Positions 51,492 through 61,615 of a stretch of 64,000 nt of DNA are shown piece by piece. The position numbers and the translations under genes are program-made. This DNA is from an uncultured Acidobacteriota bacterium. GTDB lineage: Bacteria; Acidobacteriota; Vicinamibacteria; Vicinamibacterales; CAVVIG01. Location: contig CAVVNL010000003.1 of the NCBI GenBank assembly GCA_963749565.1, forward strand, positions 59,387 through 123,386, written 5' to 3'. How positions within the stretch are numbered: position 1 is the first letter of the stretch; every line of letters starts with the position of its first letter. The notes under the pieces were generated by a model, which was given only the letters and a program-made list of their open reading frames with translations, was not told where the DNA came from and searched no databases.

Positions 51492-52906
51492 TGGCCACAC
51501 CGGCGAGACTGGCGGGAGTGGGGGTGTTCGTGCTGGGGGGGCTGCTCCTGTTCAGCGTCGGTCTGTTCATGATCGGCGACCGGCAGATGCTCTTCGCGAA
51601 GAAGTTCACGGTCTATACGGAGTTCAAGAAGATCACCGGTCTTCAACCCGGGGCTATCGTGCGGGTGTCCGGCGCCAAAGGGGGATCCATCACGGAGATC
51701 CTGCCGCCTAATACGCCGAGCGAGAAATTCCGCGTGAAGCTCGAGATCACCGAAGACCTGCACCAATTGGTCCGCACCGACTCGCTCGCGACGATCGAGA
51801 CGGAAGGGCTGGTGGGCGGGAGCTATCTGGGCATCGGCACGGGAACCGACGCCGCCCCGATTGTCGATCCGAACGCGACGATCGCCGGCAAGGAGCCGTT
51901 CGACATCGCCGATCTCATGCAGCAGATGGGCGACACGGTCAAGAAGGTGAACGACACCTTCGACGAAATGAAGGGCGACGTCCAGAATACGGTCGCTGCC
52001 ATCGGCGACACGGTGGACAACGCGAACGGGCTGATCGTCGACGTCAGCGGCGATCTGAAGAAGATGGCGGCATCGGGCTCGATGCTGGTTGGCGACGCCG
52101 CGCAAATCGCCGAAGGCATTCGCGGCGGGAAAGGAACGATCGGCAAGCTCGTGACCGACGACGAACTATACAACCGCGTCACAGCCGTCGCCACGCAGGC
52201 CGAAGAGATTGCCGTCAACGTGCAGCAGGTGGTCGAGAACGCGCGGAAGACGCTCGCAGGCTTCGAGTCCAAGGACGGTCCGGTCCAGGGCATGGCCGCA
52301 GACGTCAAGCAGACCATGGACGATGCGCGCGCGGCGATGGAGGGCTTTGCGGAAAACATGGACGCCCTGAAGCACAACTTCCTGCTGCGCGGCTTCTTCA
52401 AGGGACGCGGCTACTTCGACCTCGCGCAGGTGTCGCCCGCGGACTACAGGCTCGGTGCGCTCACGAAGGGCAGCGATCGCCGGGTGGCGCGCATGTGGCA
52501 GCGCGCGGACGTCTTGTTCGAGCCCGATCCGGAGCATCCGGAGAACGAGCGGTTGACCGATCCGGGCAAGGGTTTAATCGACGCGGCGATCGCACCGTAC
52601 CTGGAGCACGTCGCGTCGGGCATCGTGATCGTCGAAGGCTACGCCCAGGGTGGCACCCGCGACGAGCAGTACGTCCGGTCGCGTGTGCGCGCGTCGCTTG
52701 TCCGTGACTACCTGATCGGCAAGTTCCATCTCGATCCCCAGGCTACCGGCGCGATACCGCTCGGCGCGGACTCGATCGGCAGCCCGGAGAAGTCGCTGTG
52801 GGACGGCGTGGCCCTCGCGATCATCCTCCCGAAGGCCGCGCTCGAGCGCGCAAATAATCGCACGACGATGCTCGGTAATATCCCAGAACAGCCGGGCAGT
52901 CGGTGA
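51491..52906 (+). CDS. mlaD: MlaD/MCE protein with helical region and OmpA-like C-terminal domain
   Basis: N-terminal TM, GLQPGAIVRVSG, IETEGLVG, GTIGKLVTDDELY and IVEGYA...SRVRASLVRDYL. Confidence 0.88.
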   Translation: MATPARLAGVGVFVLGGLLLFSVGLFMIGDRQMLFAKKFTVYTEFKKITGLQPGAIVRVSGAKGGSITEILPPNTPSEKFRVKLEITEDLHQLVRTDSLATIETEGLVGGSYLGIGTGTDAAPIVDPNATIAGKEPFDIADLMQQMGDTVKKVNDTFDEMKGDVQNTVAAIGDTVDNANGLIVDVSGDLKKMAASGSMLVGDAAQIAEGIRGGKGTIGKLVTDDELYNRVTAVATQAEEIAVNVQQVVENARKTLAGFESKDGPVQGMAADVKQTMDDARAAMEGFAENMDALKHNFLLRGFFKGRGYFDLAQVSPADYRLGALTKGSDRRVARMWQRADVLFEPDPEHPENERLTDPGKGLIDAAIAPYLEHVASGIVIVEGYAQGGTRDEQYVRSRVRASLVRDYLIGKFHLDPQATGAIPLGADSIGSPEKSLWDGVALAIILPKAALERANNRTTMLGNIPEQPGSR

Positions 52907-52981
52907 GCCCGATGACGTGCCAGGCGAGCACAATGGCGAAGCGCTCGACTGAGGCGTGGTTCGAGGTTGGTTGCGGATCTA

Positions 52982-54796
52982 CTACCCTGCCGGCTCGCCG
53001 CCCGATTCTCGCGGCGGGATCCGCGGGATCTCCACCAGCCCGCCCAGGTAGGTGCGCGTCTCCGCGAGGGTCGTGGCCACCAGCGTCGCACCCGCTTCCC
53101 GAAGGGCCTGCGTGCTGTCATCGGCCAGTGCCGGGGGACCCCAGCGCCCGACCACGATTCGCACGTCGGGCATCGCGGCGTGGAGGCGCTTCACCAGATA
53201 GCGCGTCTTGGACGGCGGGCTCGGCGGCAAATCTGCGACGCAGACGACCGCGAGCTTTTCCGCCTGTACGAGCGACACCAGCTCCGAGGCCAGCAGGCGT
53301 TTGTTCGTGATCTCGATCGCAATCGGCAGATCGTCCAGCACATGGGTGAGCATCGCGAGCCCCAGTTCGTCGGCTGCGCCGTTCACCGGATAGCCCAGCA
53401 CGCGCAGCGGTTCGCGCGGTGCGGAGTGTGGTGAGTCATCGAGCGGCTCGGAAGGCGTCGGCTGCAGCCGCCGGATGGACTCCGCGGCATCGGCCATCAG
53501 CTCACGCGTCGCATCGACGACGGCGCCTTCTTCATCGGGCGACAGCCTGCGCTCCAGCCGATCGCGCTCCGCGTAATTGAGCGCCGGCAGCAGCAGGGCG
53601 TCGTAGACAGACATCGGCGGGTCCGTCTTGATGTGTCGCTCGATGAGGTCGGCGGCCTCGCTCTGATCGCGGGCGAGCAGGCGCTGGTAGTAGCCGTACT
53701 CCGGCGCAAGCGCCGGCGTGTCGGCCATCAGGGTCCCGACGAACTCGAGGCCGGGAACGTGCCTGCCAAGCACGACGAGGCACACGGTCAGCGGTGTTGC
53801 CATGAGCAGGCCGAGCGGTCCCCACAGCCACGTCCAGAACGCCACCGACACGAGCAGCGCCACCTGGGAGACTCCCGCCGCCCCCGCATACAGCGCGGTC
53901 TCGAGCACCAGGTTGGTGAACAGCTCGAGCACGATGAACATGCCGACGACGCTCAGCGGACCGAACCAGCCGGGGAGGGCGGCGAGGCTGACGAGAATTG
54001 GCGCACCGGCACCCATGATAGGGCCGACGTACGGGATGTACCGCAGCGCCGCACCAAGCGTCCCCCAAACCATCGGGTACGGAACGTCGAGCAGGTACAG
54101 TCCCAGCCCCGTGACGCCGCCGTACACAAGGTTGACGATCGACTGCATCAGCAGCTGCCTGCTGACACGAGTTCCGGCTTCGTCGAACGCCTTGGTCGTC
54201 ACCGTCAGGCGGCCGTGGCCGAACAGCCCGAGCAGCCGGCCGCGCAGGTCCCGCCGTTCGAGCAGCATGAAGATCACGAGTGCCAGCACAAGCCCGGCAG
54301 TTCCGAGAGGCCCGACGATCGGACCGAGCCACGCGAAGCCCGCCAGAGCGTTGACGTCCTCGGAGGCGACCACGACCGGCCGTGGAGCCGTTCCCTTGGG
54401 CGCCTCGGACTGTCCCAGGTCGGTCTTGATGTCCTCGATCGTTTCCTGCAGCTTCTCGACGGTCCCGCCTTTCCCGGCGCCGCGCACGTCCGCGATCTTC
54501 GCCAGAATGTTGGTGCGGTAGCGGGGCAGATCCTCGGCCAGGCGGTCCATCTGTCGGGTCAGTCCCCAGCCAGCGAGGCCCAGAACGACGAACACCAGCG
54601 TCACCACCGCGAGAACAGCCGGGACCCGGCCCACCCACCGCTCGAGCCAGTTGACGGGAGGCGCGAGGACGAACGCGATCAGCACGGCGAGCGCGAGGGG
54701 CACGAACACCGCTTGCGCCAGGTAGAGAACTACGATGACCAACACGCAACCGGCGAAGGTCACCCACGGTTTCAGGCTCTTCGACGTGTCATCCAT
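52982..54796 (-). CDS. AI-2E family transporter with extended cytoplasmic C-terminus
   Basis: VPLALAVLIAFVLAP, LRYIPYVGP, FWTWLWGPLGLLMATPLTVC and YYQRLLARD. Confidence 0.9.
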   Translation of the reverse strand: MDDTSKSLKPWVTFAGCVLVIVVLYLAQAVFVPLALAVLIAFVLAPPVNWLERWVGRVPAVLAVVTLVFVVLGLAGWGLTRQMDRLAEDLPRYRTNILAKIADVRGAGKGGTVEKLQETIEDIKTDLGQSEAPKGTAPRPVVVASEDVNALAGFAWLGPIVGPLGTAGLVLALVIFMLLERRDLRGRLLGLFGHGRLTVTTKAFDEAGTRVSRQLLMQSIVNLVYGGVTGLGLYLLDVPYPMVWGTLGAALRYIPYVGPIMGAGAPILVSLAALPGWFGPLSVVGMFIVLELFTNLVLETALYAGAAGVSQVALLVSVAFWTWLWGPLGLLMATPLTVCLVVLGRHVPGLEFVGTLMADTPALAPEYGYYQRLLARDQSEAADLIERHIKTDPPMSVYDALLLPALNYAERDRLERRLSPDEEGAVVDATRELMADAAESIRRLQPTPSEPLDDSPHSAPREPLRVLGYPVNGAADELGLAMLTHVLDDLPIAIEITNKRLLASELVSLVQAEKLAVVCVADLPPSPPSKTRYLVKRLHAAMPDVRIVVGRWGPPALADDSTQALREAGATLVATTLAETRTYLGGLVEIPRIPPRESGGEPAG

Positions 54797-54935
54797 GACG
54801 CCCTGTCATCCTTTGACTGTACTCGTTCGGCCGCAGCGCCCCAGTTCAGAATTGAACAGGCCGGCGCCGGCCAGGTACGCCATACTCGGCGCCACTCCGG
54901 CGGACACGGTGTCCACCCGGCTCGAAGGGATGATC

Positions 54936-55832
54936 ATGCGCGCGCCGGCGATCCTGCGACTTCTCGGCTCCGCAGCGCGGGCCTGGTGGGAAGACGACGC
55001 GCTCCGTCTCGGCGCGTCGCTCGCCTACTACACGCTGTTCGCGATCGCGCCGATTCTGCTCGTCGCAACCGCCATCGCCGGCATGGCCTTCGGCGCGGAA
55101 GCAGTCCGCGGGGAGATCGTGGGCCAGCTCGATGGCCTGGTCGGGCGCGAGGGGGCGCGCGCCGTCCAGAGTCTTCTCGAGGGGGCCAGCCAGCGGCGCG
55201 CCGGCATACTCGCCACCGTGATCGGCAGCATCACGTTCACCGTCGCCGCCACCGGCGCCTTCCTCGAGCTCCAAGTGTCGCTCAACACGATCTGGCGGGT
55301 AAAACCCAGGGTGAGCGGACACCTCATGGCGTTCGTGATGGACCGTGTGCGCTCGTTCGGCCTGGTGGTGGCGATCGGCTTTCTCTTGATGGTGTCGCTC
55401 GCGGTGACCGCGGCGATTGCTGCGCTGAACGCGTGGCTCTCCCGCCGCTCCCCCGGCATGCCACTGGTGTGGAGCGCCGTCAGCGTCCTCGTGTCTCTCG
55501 TGGTGACCACGGGGCTGTTCGCTCTGCTGTTCCGCTTTCTGCCCGACGTCGAGCTCCGCTGGCGCGATGTGACGACAGGCGCGCTCGTGACGGCCGTGCT
55601 CTTCACGATCGGTCAACAGCTCATCGGCCTGTATCTCGGGCAGAGCAGCATGGCTTCCAGCTACGGCGCCGTCGGGTCGATGATGATTCTCCTGCTGTGG
55701 GTGTACTACTCGTGCCAGATCCTGCTGTTCGGTGCCGAGTTCACCCGCGTGTACGCCGGCCGCCACGGCGCCCGGCCAGTCCCTGAGCCGTTCGCGGAAA
55801 GAGACCTCGACGCGCTCAACAAGGCGACATAG
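54936..55832 (+). CDS. YihY/BrkB family membrane protein
   Basis: GASLAYYTLFAIAP, LNTIW and YGAVGSMMILLLWVYYS.QILLFGAEF. Confidence 0.93.
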   Translation: MRAPAILRLLGSAARAWWEDDALRLGASLAYYTLFAIAPILLVATAIAGMAFGAEAVRGEIVGQLDGLVGREGARAVQSLLEGASQRRAGILATVIGSITFTVAATGAFLELQVSLNTIWRVKPRVSGHLMAFVMDRVRSFGLVVAIGFLLMVSLAVTAAIAALNAWLSRRSPGMPLVWSAVSVLVSLVVTTGLFALLFRFLPDVELRWRDVTTGALVTAVLFTIGQQLIGLYLGQSSMASSYGAVGSMMILLLWVYYSCQILLFGAEFTRVYAGRHGARPVPEPFAERDLDALNKAT

Positions 55833-55903
55833 AGGCGCCTGGGAGTCTAGGGCGCTCCGGCCACAATTATTGCTATTACGCTCGCGCGGCGTGATGATTC
55901 GCG

Positions 55904-56545
55904 ATGGTGGATTCAACACCTCCTCTCACCGATGGGACACTACGGCTGCCACGCCGTGTCGCCGCGGTGGTGTGTGCGCTCTCGCTGATCCTGCTTGCGT
56001 TTGAGGTCGCAGACGCACAAACGCGCAACGGACCGACGCTGGCAAGACATGACTTCACCGATTCGGCCCAGGGCTGGAGCATCAGCGGCGATTCGGTCAC
56101 CGCCCCCCCCATCTTCACCGCGACCGGCGGACACCCGGGCGGCTGCATTACCGGAAGGGATGAGGCCCTGGGCGAGACCTGGTACTTTCACGCCCCAGCC
56201 GCCGTGCTGCAGCAATTGCCCGCCGCGGTGGATGGGCGGATCGCCTTCAGCTTGAAGCAATCAGGGACCGCGGTAAGCCTGATCGATGACGATATCGTGA
56301 TCGTCGGGCCGGCGGGACGTCTCAGCTACCGGTTCCCGGGGGGTCCGGGGACCGATTGGCGAGACTATTCGGTCCGGCTGTCCGCAAGCGAGGGATGGAC
56401 GTGGAACTGGAACGCGCGGGCGACCCAGATCCAGATCCAGAGCGTCCTTTCCGTGCCAACCCGGCTCGAGATCCGTGGGGAGTATGTGACGGGCGACGAT
56501 GAGGGATCGCTGGACAACTTCATGTTGACGGCGGCCCCGAGATAG
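55904..56545 (+). CDS. Secreted laminin B (domain IV)-like protein
   Basis: TWYFHAP..G.IAFSL..W..Y.V.L..W..IQSVLS..RLEIRGEY..GSLDNFML; the start is uncertain. Confidence 0.7.
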   Translation: MVDSTPPLTDGTLRLPRRVAAVVCALSLILLAFEVADAQTRNGPTLARHDFTDSAQGWSISGDSVTAPPIFTATGGHPGGCITGRDEALGETWYFHAPAAVLQQLPAAVDGRIAFSLKQSGTAVSLIDDDIVIVGPAGRLSYRFPGGPGTDWRDYSVRLSASEGWTWNWNARATQIQIQSVLSVPTRLEIRGEYVTGDDEGSLDNFMLTAAPR

Positions 56546-56670
56546 GCGACCCTTGCAGCTGGCGTCGGGAACCTCGGGAACCGAACCTCGGGAACCTTTG
56601 TCCGCCACGCTCTGTTTTTACCCGGTTTCGAGCCCGAACCAGGAATCGCCGGCGGCGCATTTCGCCACGT

Positions 56671-56730
56671 GCAGGTCTAAAGACCTGCGCTACGCTTGAC
56701 AAAACTTGTAGCGCAGGACTTCAGTCCTGC
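56671..56730. repeat. GTAG-type REP pair (GTAG ends inward)
   Basis: GCAGGTCTAAAGACCTGCGCTAC and GTAGCGCAGGACTTCAGTCCTGC; the same units recur at 62067..62128. Confidence 0.88.
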
Positions 56731-56771
56731 CTGACGCTTGGCACAAACGCCCCTGCGGGAGGATTAGCACG

Positions 56772-57236
56772 ATGGCTTACTCATTAGTTGTGAACGGGCA
56801 GACGCATACGGTTGATACCCCGGCCGAAATGCCGCTGCTCTGGGTCCTCCGGGACAGCCTCCATATGAAGGGGACGAAATTCGGCTGCGGTATCGCCCAG
56901 TGTGGTGCCTGCACCGTGCAGCTGGACGGCGCGGCTGTCCGGTCGTGCCAGACGCCGATTTCGACGGTCGGTGCGAAGAAGGTCACGACGATCGAAGGCC
57001 TGTCCGCCGACGGATCGCATCCGCTGCAGAAGGCATGGCAGGAGCTCGACGTCCCGCAGTGCGGTTACTGTCAGGCCGGCCAGCTCCTGACCGCGGCGGC
57101 GCTCCTCACGAAGATCGCGATGCCCACCGACGCGCAAATCGACACGGCGATGAACGGCAACGTCTGCCGATGCGGCACTTACTTGCGGATTAAGGAAGCC
57201 ATTCACCTCGCGGCCAACGGCGGACGGAGGGCGTAG
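56772..57236 (+). CDS. 2Fe-2S subunit, isoquinoline 1-oxidoreductase alpha (IorA)-like
   Basis: [29 protein letters not shown] and NVCRCGTY. Confidence 0.94.
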   Translation: MAYSLVVNGQTHTVDTPAEMPLLWVLRDSLHMKGTKFGCGIAQCGACTVQLDGAAVRSCQTPISTVGAKKVTTIEGLSADGSHPLQKAWQELDVPQCGYCQAGQLLTAAALLTKIAMPTDAQIDTAMNGNVCRCGTYLRIKEAIHLAANGGRRA

Positions 57237-57238
57237 CC

Positions 57239-59476
57239 ATGAACAAGACAAATACGGCACAGCTCGATCGTCGTTCGTTCCTTCAGGTGACCGCTCTTGC
57301 CGGCGGCGGCGTGGTCATCGGCATGTACGTGCCCGCATTCGGCCAGCAGGGCGGCGCCCCGGCGCAGTCACAGTGGTCGCTCGCGCCCAGCACGTACATC
57401 ACCGTCCACCCCGACAACACGTTCACGATCATCGCGAAGAACCCGGAGACGGGACAGGGCATCAGGGCCGCCCTGCCGCAGATCATCGCCGACGAGTTCG
57501 ACGTCGACTGGACCCAGGTCAAGATCCAGCAGGCCGATCTCGATCCGAAGTACGGGCCGCAGTCCGAAGGCGGCAGCCGCGCCATTCCCGTCAACTACGA
57601 TCCGATGCGGCAGGTTGGCGCCGGCGGCCGATTGATGATGGTGACAGCCGCCGCGCAGCAATGGAACGTGCCAGCCGGCGAACTGACGACGGGAAGCGGC
57701 GTCGTCACGCACACGGCCTCCAATCGCAAGGCGACCTACGCGTCGCTGTCGGCGCGCGTCGCCGCGATGCCGGCGCCCGCGGTCGAGGCCGTCAAGGCCG
57801 CCTACAAGGATCCGAAGAACTTCAAGATCATCGGCAAGCCGATCAAGGGCGTCGACAACGCCGACATCGTGACCGGCAAGCCGGCGTTCAGCATCGACGT
57901 CGAGCCGCCGGGTACGCTCTTCGCGGTCTTCGACAAGTGTCCGGTGTTTGGCGGCAAGGCCGTCAGCGCCAACCTCGACGAGGTGAAGCGGCTGCCGGGC
58001 GTCAAGCACGCGTTCATCGTCGACACGGTCGCCGGGCGCGGCGCCAACTTCCTGGCATCCGGCGTCGCGATCGTGGCCGACGGCTGGTGGCAGGCGAACA
58101 ACGCGCGCCGGACGCTGAAGGTCACGTGGGACGAAGGGCCGGTGGCGACGCAAAGCAGCGTCGGCTACGCGGCGCAGGCGAAGCAGCTCTCGGCGCAGGC
58201 GTCGCAGACGCCCGCGGCCGGGGCCCCAGGCACGGCGCTCATCGGCGACGCCGAGGCCGCGTTCAAGACCGCGGCCAAAGTCGTCGAGGCGGAGTACGTC
58301 TTTCCGCTCCTGTCACATGCGCCGCTCGAACCGCAGAATTCCACGGCGCACTACACCACCGACGGAAAGCTGGAAATCTGGTCGTGCAGCCAGATCCCGG
58401 CTCTCCAGAATCCGGCGCTCGGCGCCGGCATCGATCCCAGCATGGTCACGATGCACCTGGTGCGGGCCGGCGGCGGATTCGGCCGGCGGCTGAACAGCGA
58501 CTACGACATCGAGGTCGGCAAGATCGCCCGCGTCGTCACCGAGGAGCGCGCGAAGGCCGGGCTGCCGAGCGTGCCGGTGAAGCTGCTCTGGTCGAGGGAA
58601 GACGACATCGCCCACGACCAGTATCGACCGAGCGGCTTCCATTACTTCAAGGCCGGCCTCGACGCGTCGGGCAAGCTGGTCGCGTTCCGCGATTTCGTGG
58701 CGAGCATGAACTCCGTCGTTCCCGCCAACGAGTTCCCACGCGGATTCGTGGCGAACTTCTCGGCCCACTCCGCTCCGATCACGCCGTTCGATATCCCGAC
58801 CGGCGCGCTGCGGGCACCCGGCACGAACGGCGTGTCGTTCGTCATGCAGTCGTTCATCGACGAGATCGCCGTCGCGGCCGGGAAGGATCCGCTCCAGTAC
58901 CGCATCGATCTGCTGTCGAATCCTGTTGGCGAAGCCGCCGCGGCGTTCAACGCGTCACGTGCGCGGGGCGTCCTCGAAGCGGTGCGGGACATGTCGGATT
59001 GGAACAACCGGAGCAGCCTGCCGAAAGGCACCGGGAAGGGTGTCGCATTCCAGTACGCCCACGCGGGCTACGTCGCCTACGTGGTCGAGGCGGCCGTGGG
59101 CGCCGACAAGCGGATCGACATCAAGAAGGCGTGGGCGGCGATCGACATCGGGCGCCAGATCGTCAACCCCAGCGAGTCGGTCAATCTCACCCAGGGCGCG
59201 TTCGTCGAAGCGATGAGCCACATGATGGCGTGGGAGATTACCATCGACAAGGGTCGTGTCGTGCAGCGCAATTTCAACAACTATCAGCCCACACGCATGT
59301 CGCAGATGCCGTCGGCGATCGAGGTGAAGTTCCTGGAGACGGACTTCGATCCGACCGGGCTCGGCGAGCCGGCCTTGCCGCCGGCCATTCCGGCTATCAC
59401 CAATGCGATCTTCGCCGCGACCGGCGTCCGCATCCGATCGGTGCCGCTCAATGCGGCGGGGTACGGCTGGGTCTAG
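57239..59476 (+). CDS. Molybdopterin subunit, IorB-like aldehyde/heterocycle oxidoreductase, Tat-exported
   Basis: DRRSFL, ETGQGI, HAPLEPQN, GGGFGRR, WSREDD, GALRAPG and GLGEP. Confidence 0.92.
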   Translation: MNKTNTAQLDRRSFLQVTALAGGGVVIGMYVPAFGQQGGAPAQSQWSLAPSTYITVHPDNTFTIIAKNPETGQGIRAALPQIIADEFDVDWTQVKIQQADLDPKYGPQSEGGSRAIPVNYDPMRQVGAGGRLMMVTAAAQQWNVPAGELTTGSGVVTHTASNRKATYASLSARVAAMPAPAVEAVKAAYKDPKNFKIIGKPIKGVDNADIVTGKPAFSIDVEPPGTLFAVFDKCPVFGGKAVSANLDEVKRLPGVKHAFIVDTVAGRGANFLASGVAIVADGWWQANNARRTLKVTWDEGPVATQSSVGYAAQAKQLSAQASQTPAAGAPGTALIGDAEAAFKTAAKVVEAEYVFPLLSHAPLEPQNSTAHYTTDGKLEIWSCSQIPALQNPALGAGIDPSMVTMHLVRAGGGFGRRLNSDYDIEVGKIARVVTEERAKAGLPSVPVKLLWSREDDIAHDQYRPSGFHYFKAGLDASGKLVAFRDFVASMNSVVPANEFPRGFVANFSAHSAPITPFDIPTGALRAPGTNGVSFVMQSFIDEIAVAAGKDPLQYRIDLLSNPVGEAAAAFNASRARGVLEAVRDMSDWNNRSSLPKGTGKGVAFQYAHAGYVAYVVEAAVGADKRIDIKKAWAAIDIGRQIVNPSESVNLTQGAFVEAMSHMMAWEITIDKGRVVQRNFNNYQPTRMSQMPSAIEVKFLETDFDPTGLGEPALPPAIPAITNAIFAATGVRIRSVPLNAAGYGWV

Positions 59477-59500
59477 ACACAGCGACCGGCGGCCTCTCGA

Positions 59501-59533
59501 GAGTCGGGGCCGGATCAGAATCCGCCCCGACTC
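59501..59533. terminator. Hairpin downstream of the iorB-like gene
   Basis: GAGTCGGGGC..GCCCCGACTC 10-bp stem; no U-tract. Confidence 0.45.
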
Positions 59534-59599
59534 AACCTACCTCGGTACCTGCCTGGAACTCCTGCGCCGGATCTCGTCCTGCCAATACAAGGAGCGAAC

Positions 59600-60565
59600 A
59601 TGAGATTGCGAATATGGATGCTATCGGGTGTTCTGGCGTCGCTCGTCGGCTTACCCGGCGTGTCAATCGCACAGGTCAATGACGCACCGAGCCTCGCGGG
59701 TGTCATCGACATTCACGCGCACGTGGCGCCGGAGACGAAGGCGTTGAACTTCCAGCGCGCATTCGACGCGATCGAAGCGGCCCAGATCGCCAAGATTTAC
59801 GGCATGAGGGGAATAGTGCTCAAGGAGCACCATACGGAGACCGCAGGCTGGGCCTACCTGGTGTCTCGGATGGTCCCGGGCATCGAGGTCTTCGGCGGGA
59901 TCGTCCTGAACCGGTATGTCGGCGGCATGAATCCCGCGGCGGTTGAGGCCATGGCTTTGACGCGTGGTGGCCGGGGTAAGGTTGTGTATATGCCGACGAT
60001 GGACGCGGAATACCGCAATGAGGGCCAGCCCGGCAGGGTCGCGGTCTCGCGCGACGGACAACTGCTGCCGGAGGTGCATGAAGTCCTCAAGGTGACGGCG
60101 AAATATAATCTCGGCTTGTCCACCGGACACGTTAGTCCGGCGGAGGTGATGATGCTGATCCGGGCGGCAAAGGCTGCAGGTGTCAACAACATCTACGTGC
60201 AGCACCCGAACCACTCGGGGCTCGTGATGTCAATGGCGCAGATGAAGGAGGCGGTCAGTCTGGGCGCGCTGATCGAGGTCGTGTTGAGCGGGGACGGCCT
60301 CACGGGAGGACCCGCGGGTAAAGTACCCGCGGTCGTTAATGCTGAGAATCCAACGGTGGATTACGGGCCACAGAAGATTGCGGATATTCGAGCGCTGGGT
60401 CCGGCAAACGTCATCCTGAGCACCGATCTCGGCCAGCCCGGCAGGGTGGACTACGCCCGGTCCTTTCAAATGGCTCTGGCTGTCCTCGCAAAAGAGGGCT
60501 TCAGCCAGGCGGAGATCGACATGATCACCAAGACCAATCCGGCCCGCTTTCTCGGCCTCAAGTAA
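59600..60565 (+). CDS. Secreted DUF6282-like amidohydrolase-fold protein
   Basis: IDIHAHVAP, GMRGIVLKEH, GGIVLN, STGH, QHP, STDLGQ and NPARFLG. Confidence 0.8.
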   Translation: MRLRIWMLSGVLASLVGLPGVSIAQVNDAPSLAGVIDIHAHVAPETKALNFQRAFDAIEAAQIAKIYGMRGIVLKEHHTETAGWAYLVSRMVPGIEVFGGIVLNRYVGGMNPAAVEAMALTRGGRGKVVYMPTMDAEYRNEGQPGRVAVSRDGQLLPEVHEVLKVTAKYNLGLSTGHVSPAEVMMLIRAAKAAGVNNIYVQHPNHSGLVMSMAQMKEAVSLGALIEVVLSGDGLTGGPAGKVPAVVNAENPTVDYGPQKIADIRALGPANVILSTDLGQPGRVDYARSFQMALAVLAKEGFSQAEIDMITKTNPARFLGLK

Positions 60566-60903
60566 ATCGGACGCGCCAGCGCGAATCGAACGATTTCGCC
60601 AGGCCGGGCACGCCGGTTGCGCCAGCCAGCTTCCCCTTCGAACCAGTGACTGGTCCGGAAGCAGAAACTCACCCGTCGAAAGCGGTGCTACGACTTTTCT
60701 CATCATCGGCGAAGGCATCAAGAACAGCAGAGCCAACACCGCGTCAAATGTTCATCTTGAAAATCCCGTCGAGTTTCACTTCGCTTCATGGATCAGGCAT
60801 GCGAACCCGCTTCGGGTTACTCCGCGAAGATTCATCGAAGATTCAATCGGATCGGAACGAAGCCACCGGCAACGCGGGTATTCCGAGTTCATCCATTGCC
60901 GGA

Positions 60904-60919
60904 TGGATCCATGGTTGCA
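60904..60919 (+). promoter_or_regulatory. Possible sigma-54 promoter
   Basis: TGGATCCATGGTTGCA fits TGG-N8-TTGCA, 22 nt before the ATG at 60942. Confidence 0.35.
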
Positions 60920-60941
60920 ATTGCAAGACGGCGGAGGTGAT

Positions 60942-61520
60942 ATGAGAAGACACATCTGGTCAGGAATATCAGCCGCTGTTGTATTGGCCGCGACTATCGG
61001 GGTCGCCGCGCAAGAGCCATCGACGTCGCAGCCTTCGCCTCAGCCGGCACCGCAGCCGCCGGCAACGGCACCGGCCCCCGCCCCCGCCACGCCACAGGCG
61101 CAAAGCAGCGAAGGACAGCGCATCACTGTTGCCGGTTGTCTGCAGGCGGCGCCTTTGGGTCCGACCGGGACGAGTGGCAGCGCGGCGCCGACGCCCGCGC
61201 CTTCCCCAGCGCCCGAAGCGGCAGCAAAGCCTGAGGGGGGAAGCCGGAATGAGAAACTCGTCCTCGCAAACGCCGTCGCGTCTCCGGCGGAGGCGACGGC
61301 AAACGCGTCAAATTCGGCGCCGCAGACCTACCGGTTGATCGCCAACGAAGCAGCTCTGATGCCGCATGTTGGCAAAAAACTGGAGCTCAGTGGTACGATC
61401 GAGGATCACAACAGCCCATCGCGACCCGCGAGCCCGGAATCCAACGATTCGTCGGCCGCGAATGCACCACAACTTCGAGTGGAATCGGGCAAAGTCGTAG
61501 CGGAGACTTGCACGCCGTAG
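60942..61520 (+). CDS. Secreted Pro/Ala-rich hypothetical protein with a small OB-like domain
   Basis: GGAGG RBS; signal peptide; ITVAGCLQ..YRL..PHVGKKLELSGT..LRVES.KVVAETC. Confidence 0.75.
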   Translation: MRRHIWSGISAAVVLAATIGVAAQEPSTSQPSPQPAPQPPATAPAPAPATPQAQSSEGQRITVAGCLQAAPLGPTGTSGSAAPTPAPSPAPEAAAKPEGGSRNEKLVLANAVASPAEATANASNSAPQTYRLIANEAALMPHVGKKLELSGTIEDHNSPSRPASPESNDSSAANAPQLRVESGKVVAETCTP

Positions 61521-61524
61521 ACGC

Positions 61525-61590
61525 GAAACCACAATCACCGAGGACACCGAAATCGGGTTATCGGTGTGCTCGGTGCTCTTGTGGTTATTG
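61525..61590. repeat. Degenerate inverted repeat related to the CTCTGCG/CTCTGTG family
   Basis: AACCACAA..CACCGAG.ACACCGA ... TCGGTGT.CTCGGTG..TTGTGGTT. Confidence 0.55.
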
Positions 61591-61615
61591 GACTTGCAAT
61601 TCGCCGCGGTCTGAC

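Noticed and set aside
56569-56597. GAACCTCGGGAACC short tandem repeat
   Set aside because: Only two units and no other copy in the window; no function can be assigned.
60680-60730. Possible HepT/DUF86 toxin remnant (AVLR / FLIIGEGIKN)
   Set aside because: About 15 codons across a frameshift; too short to support.
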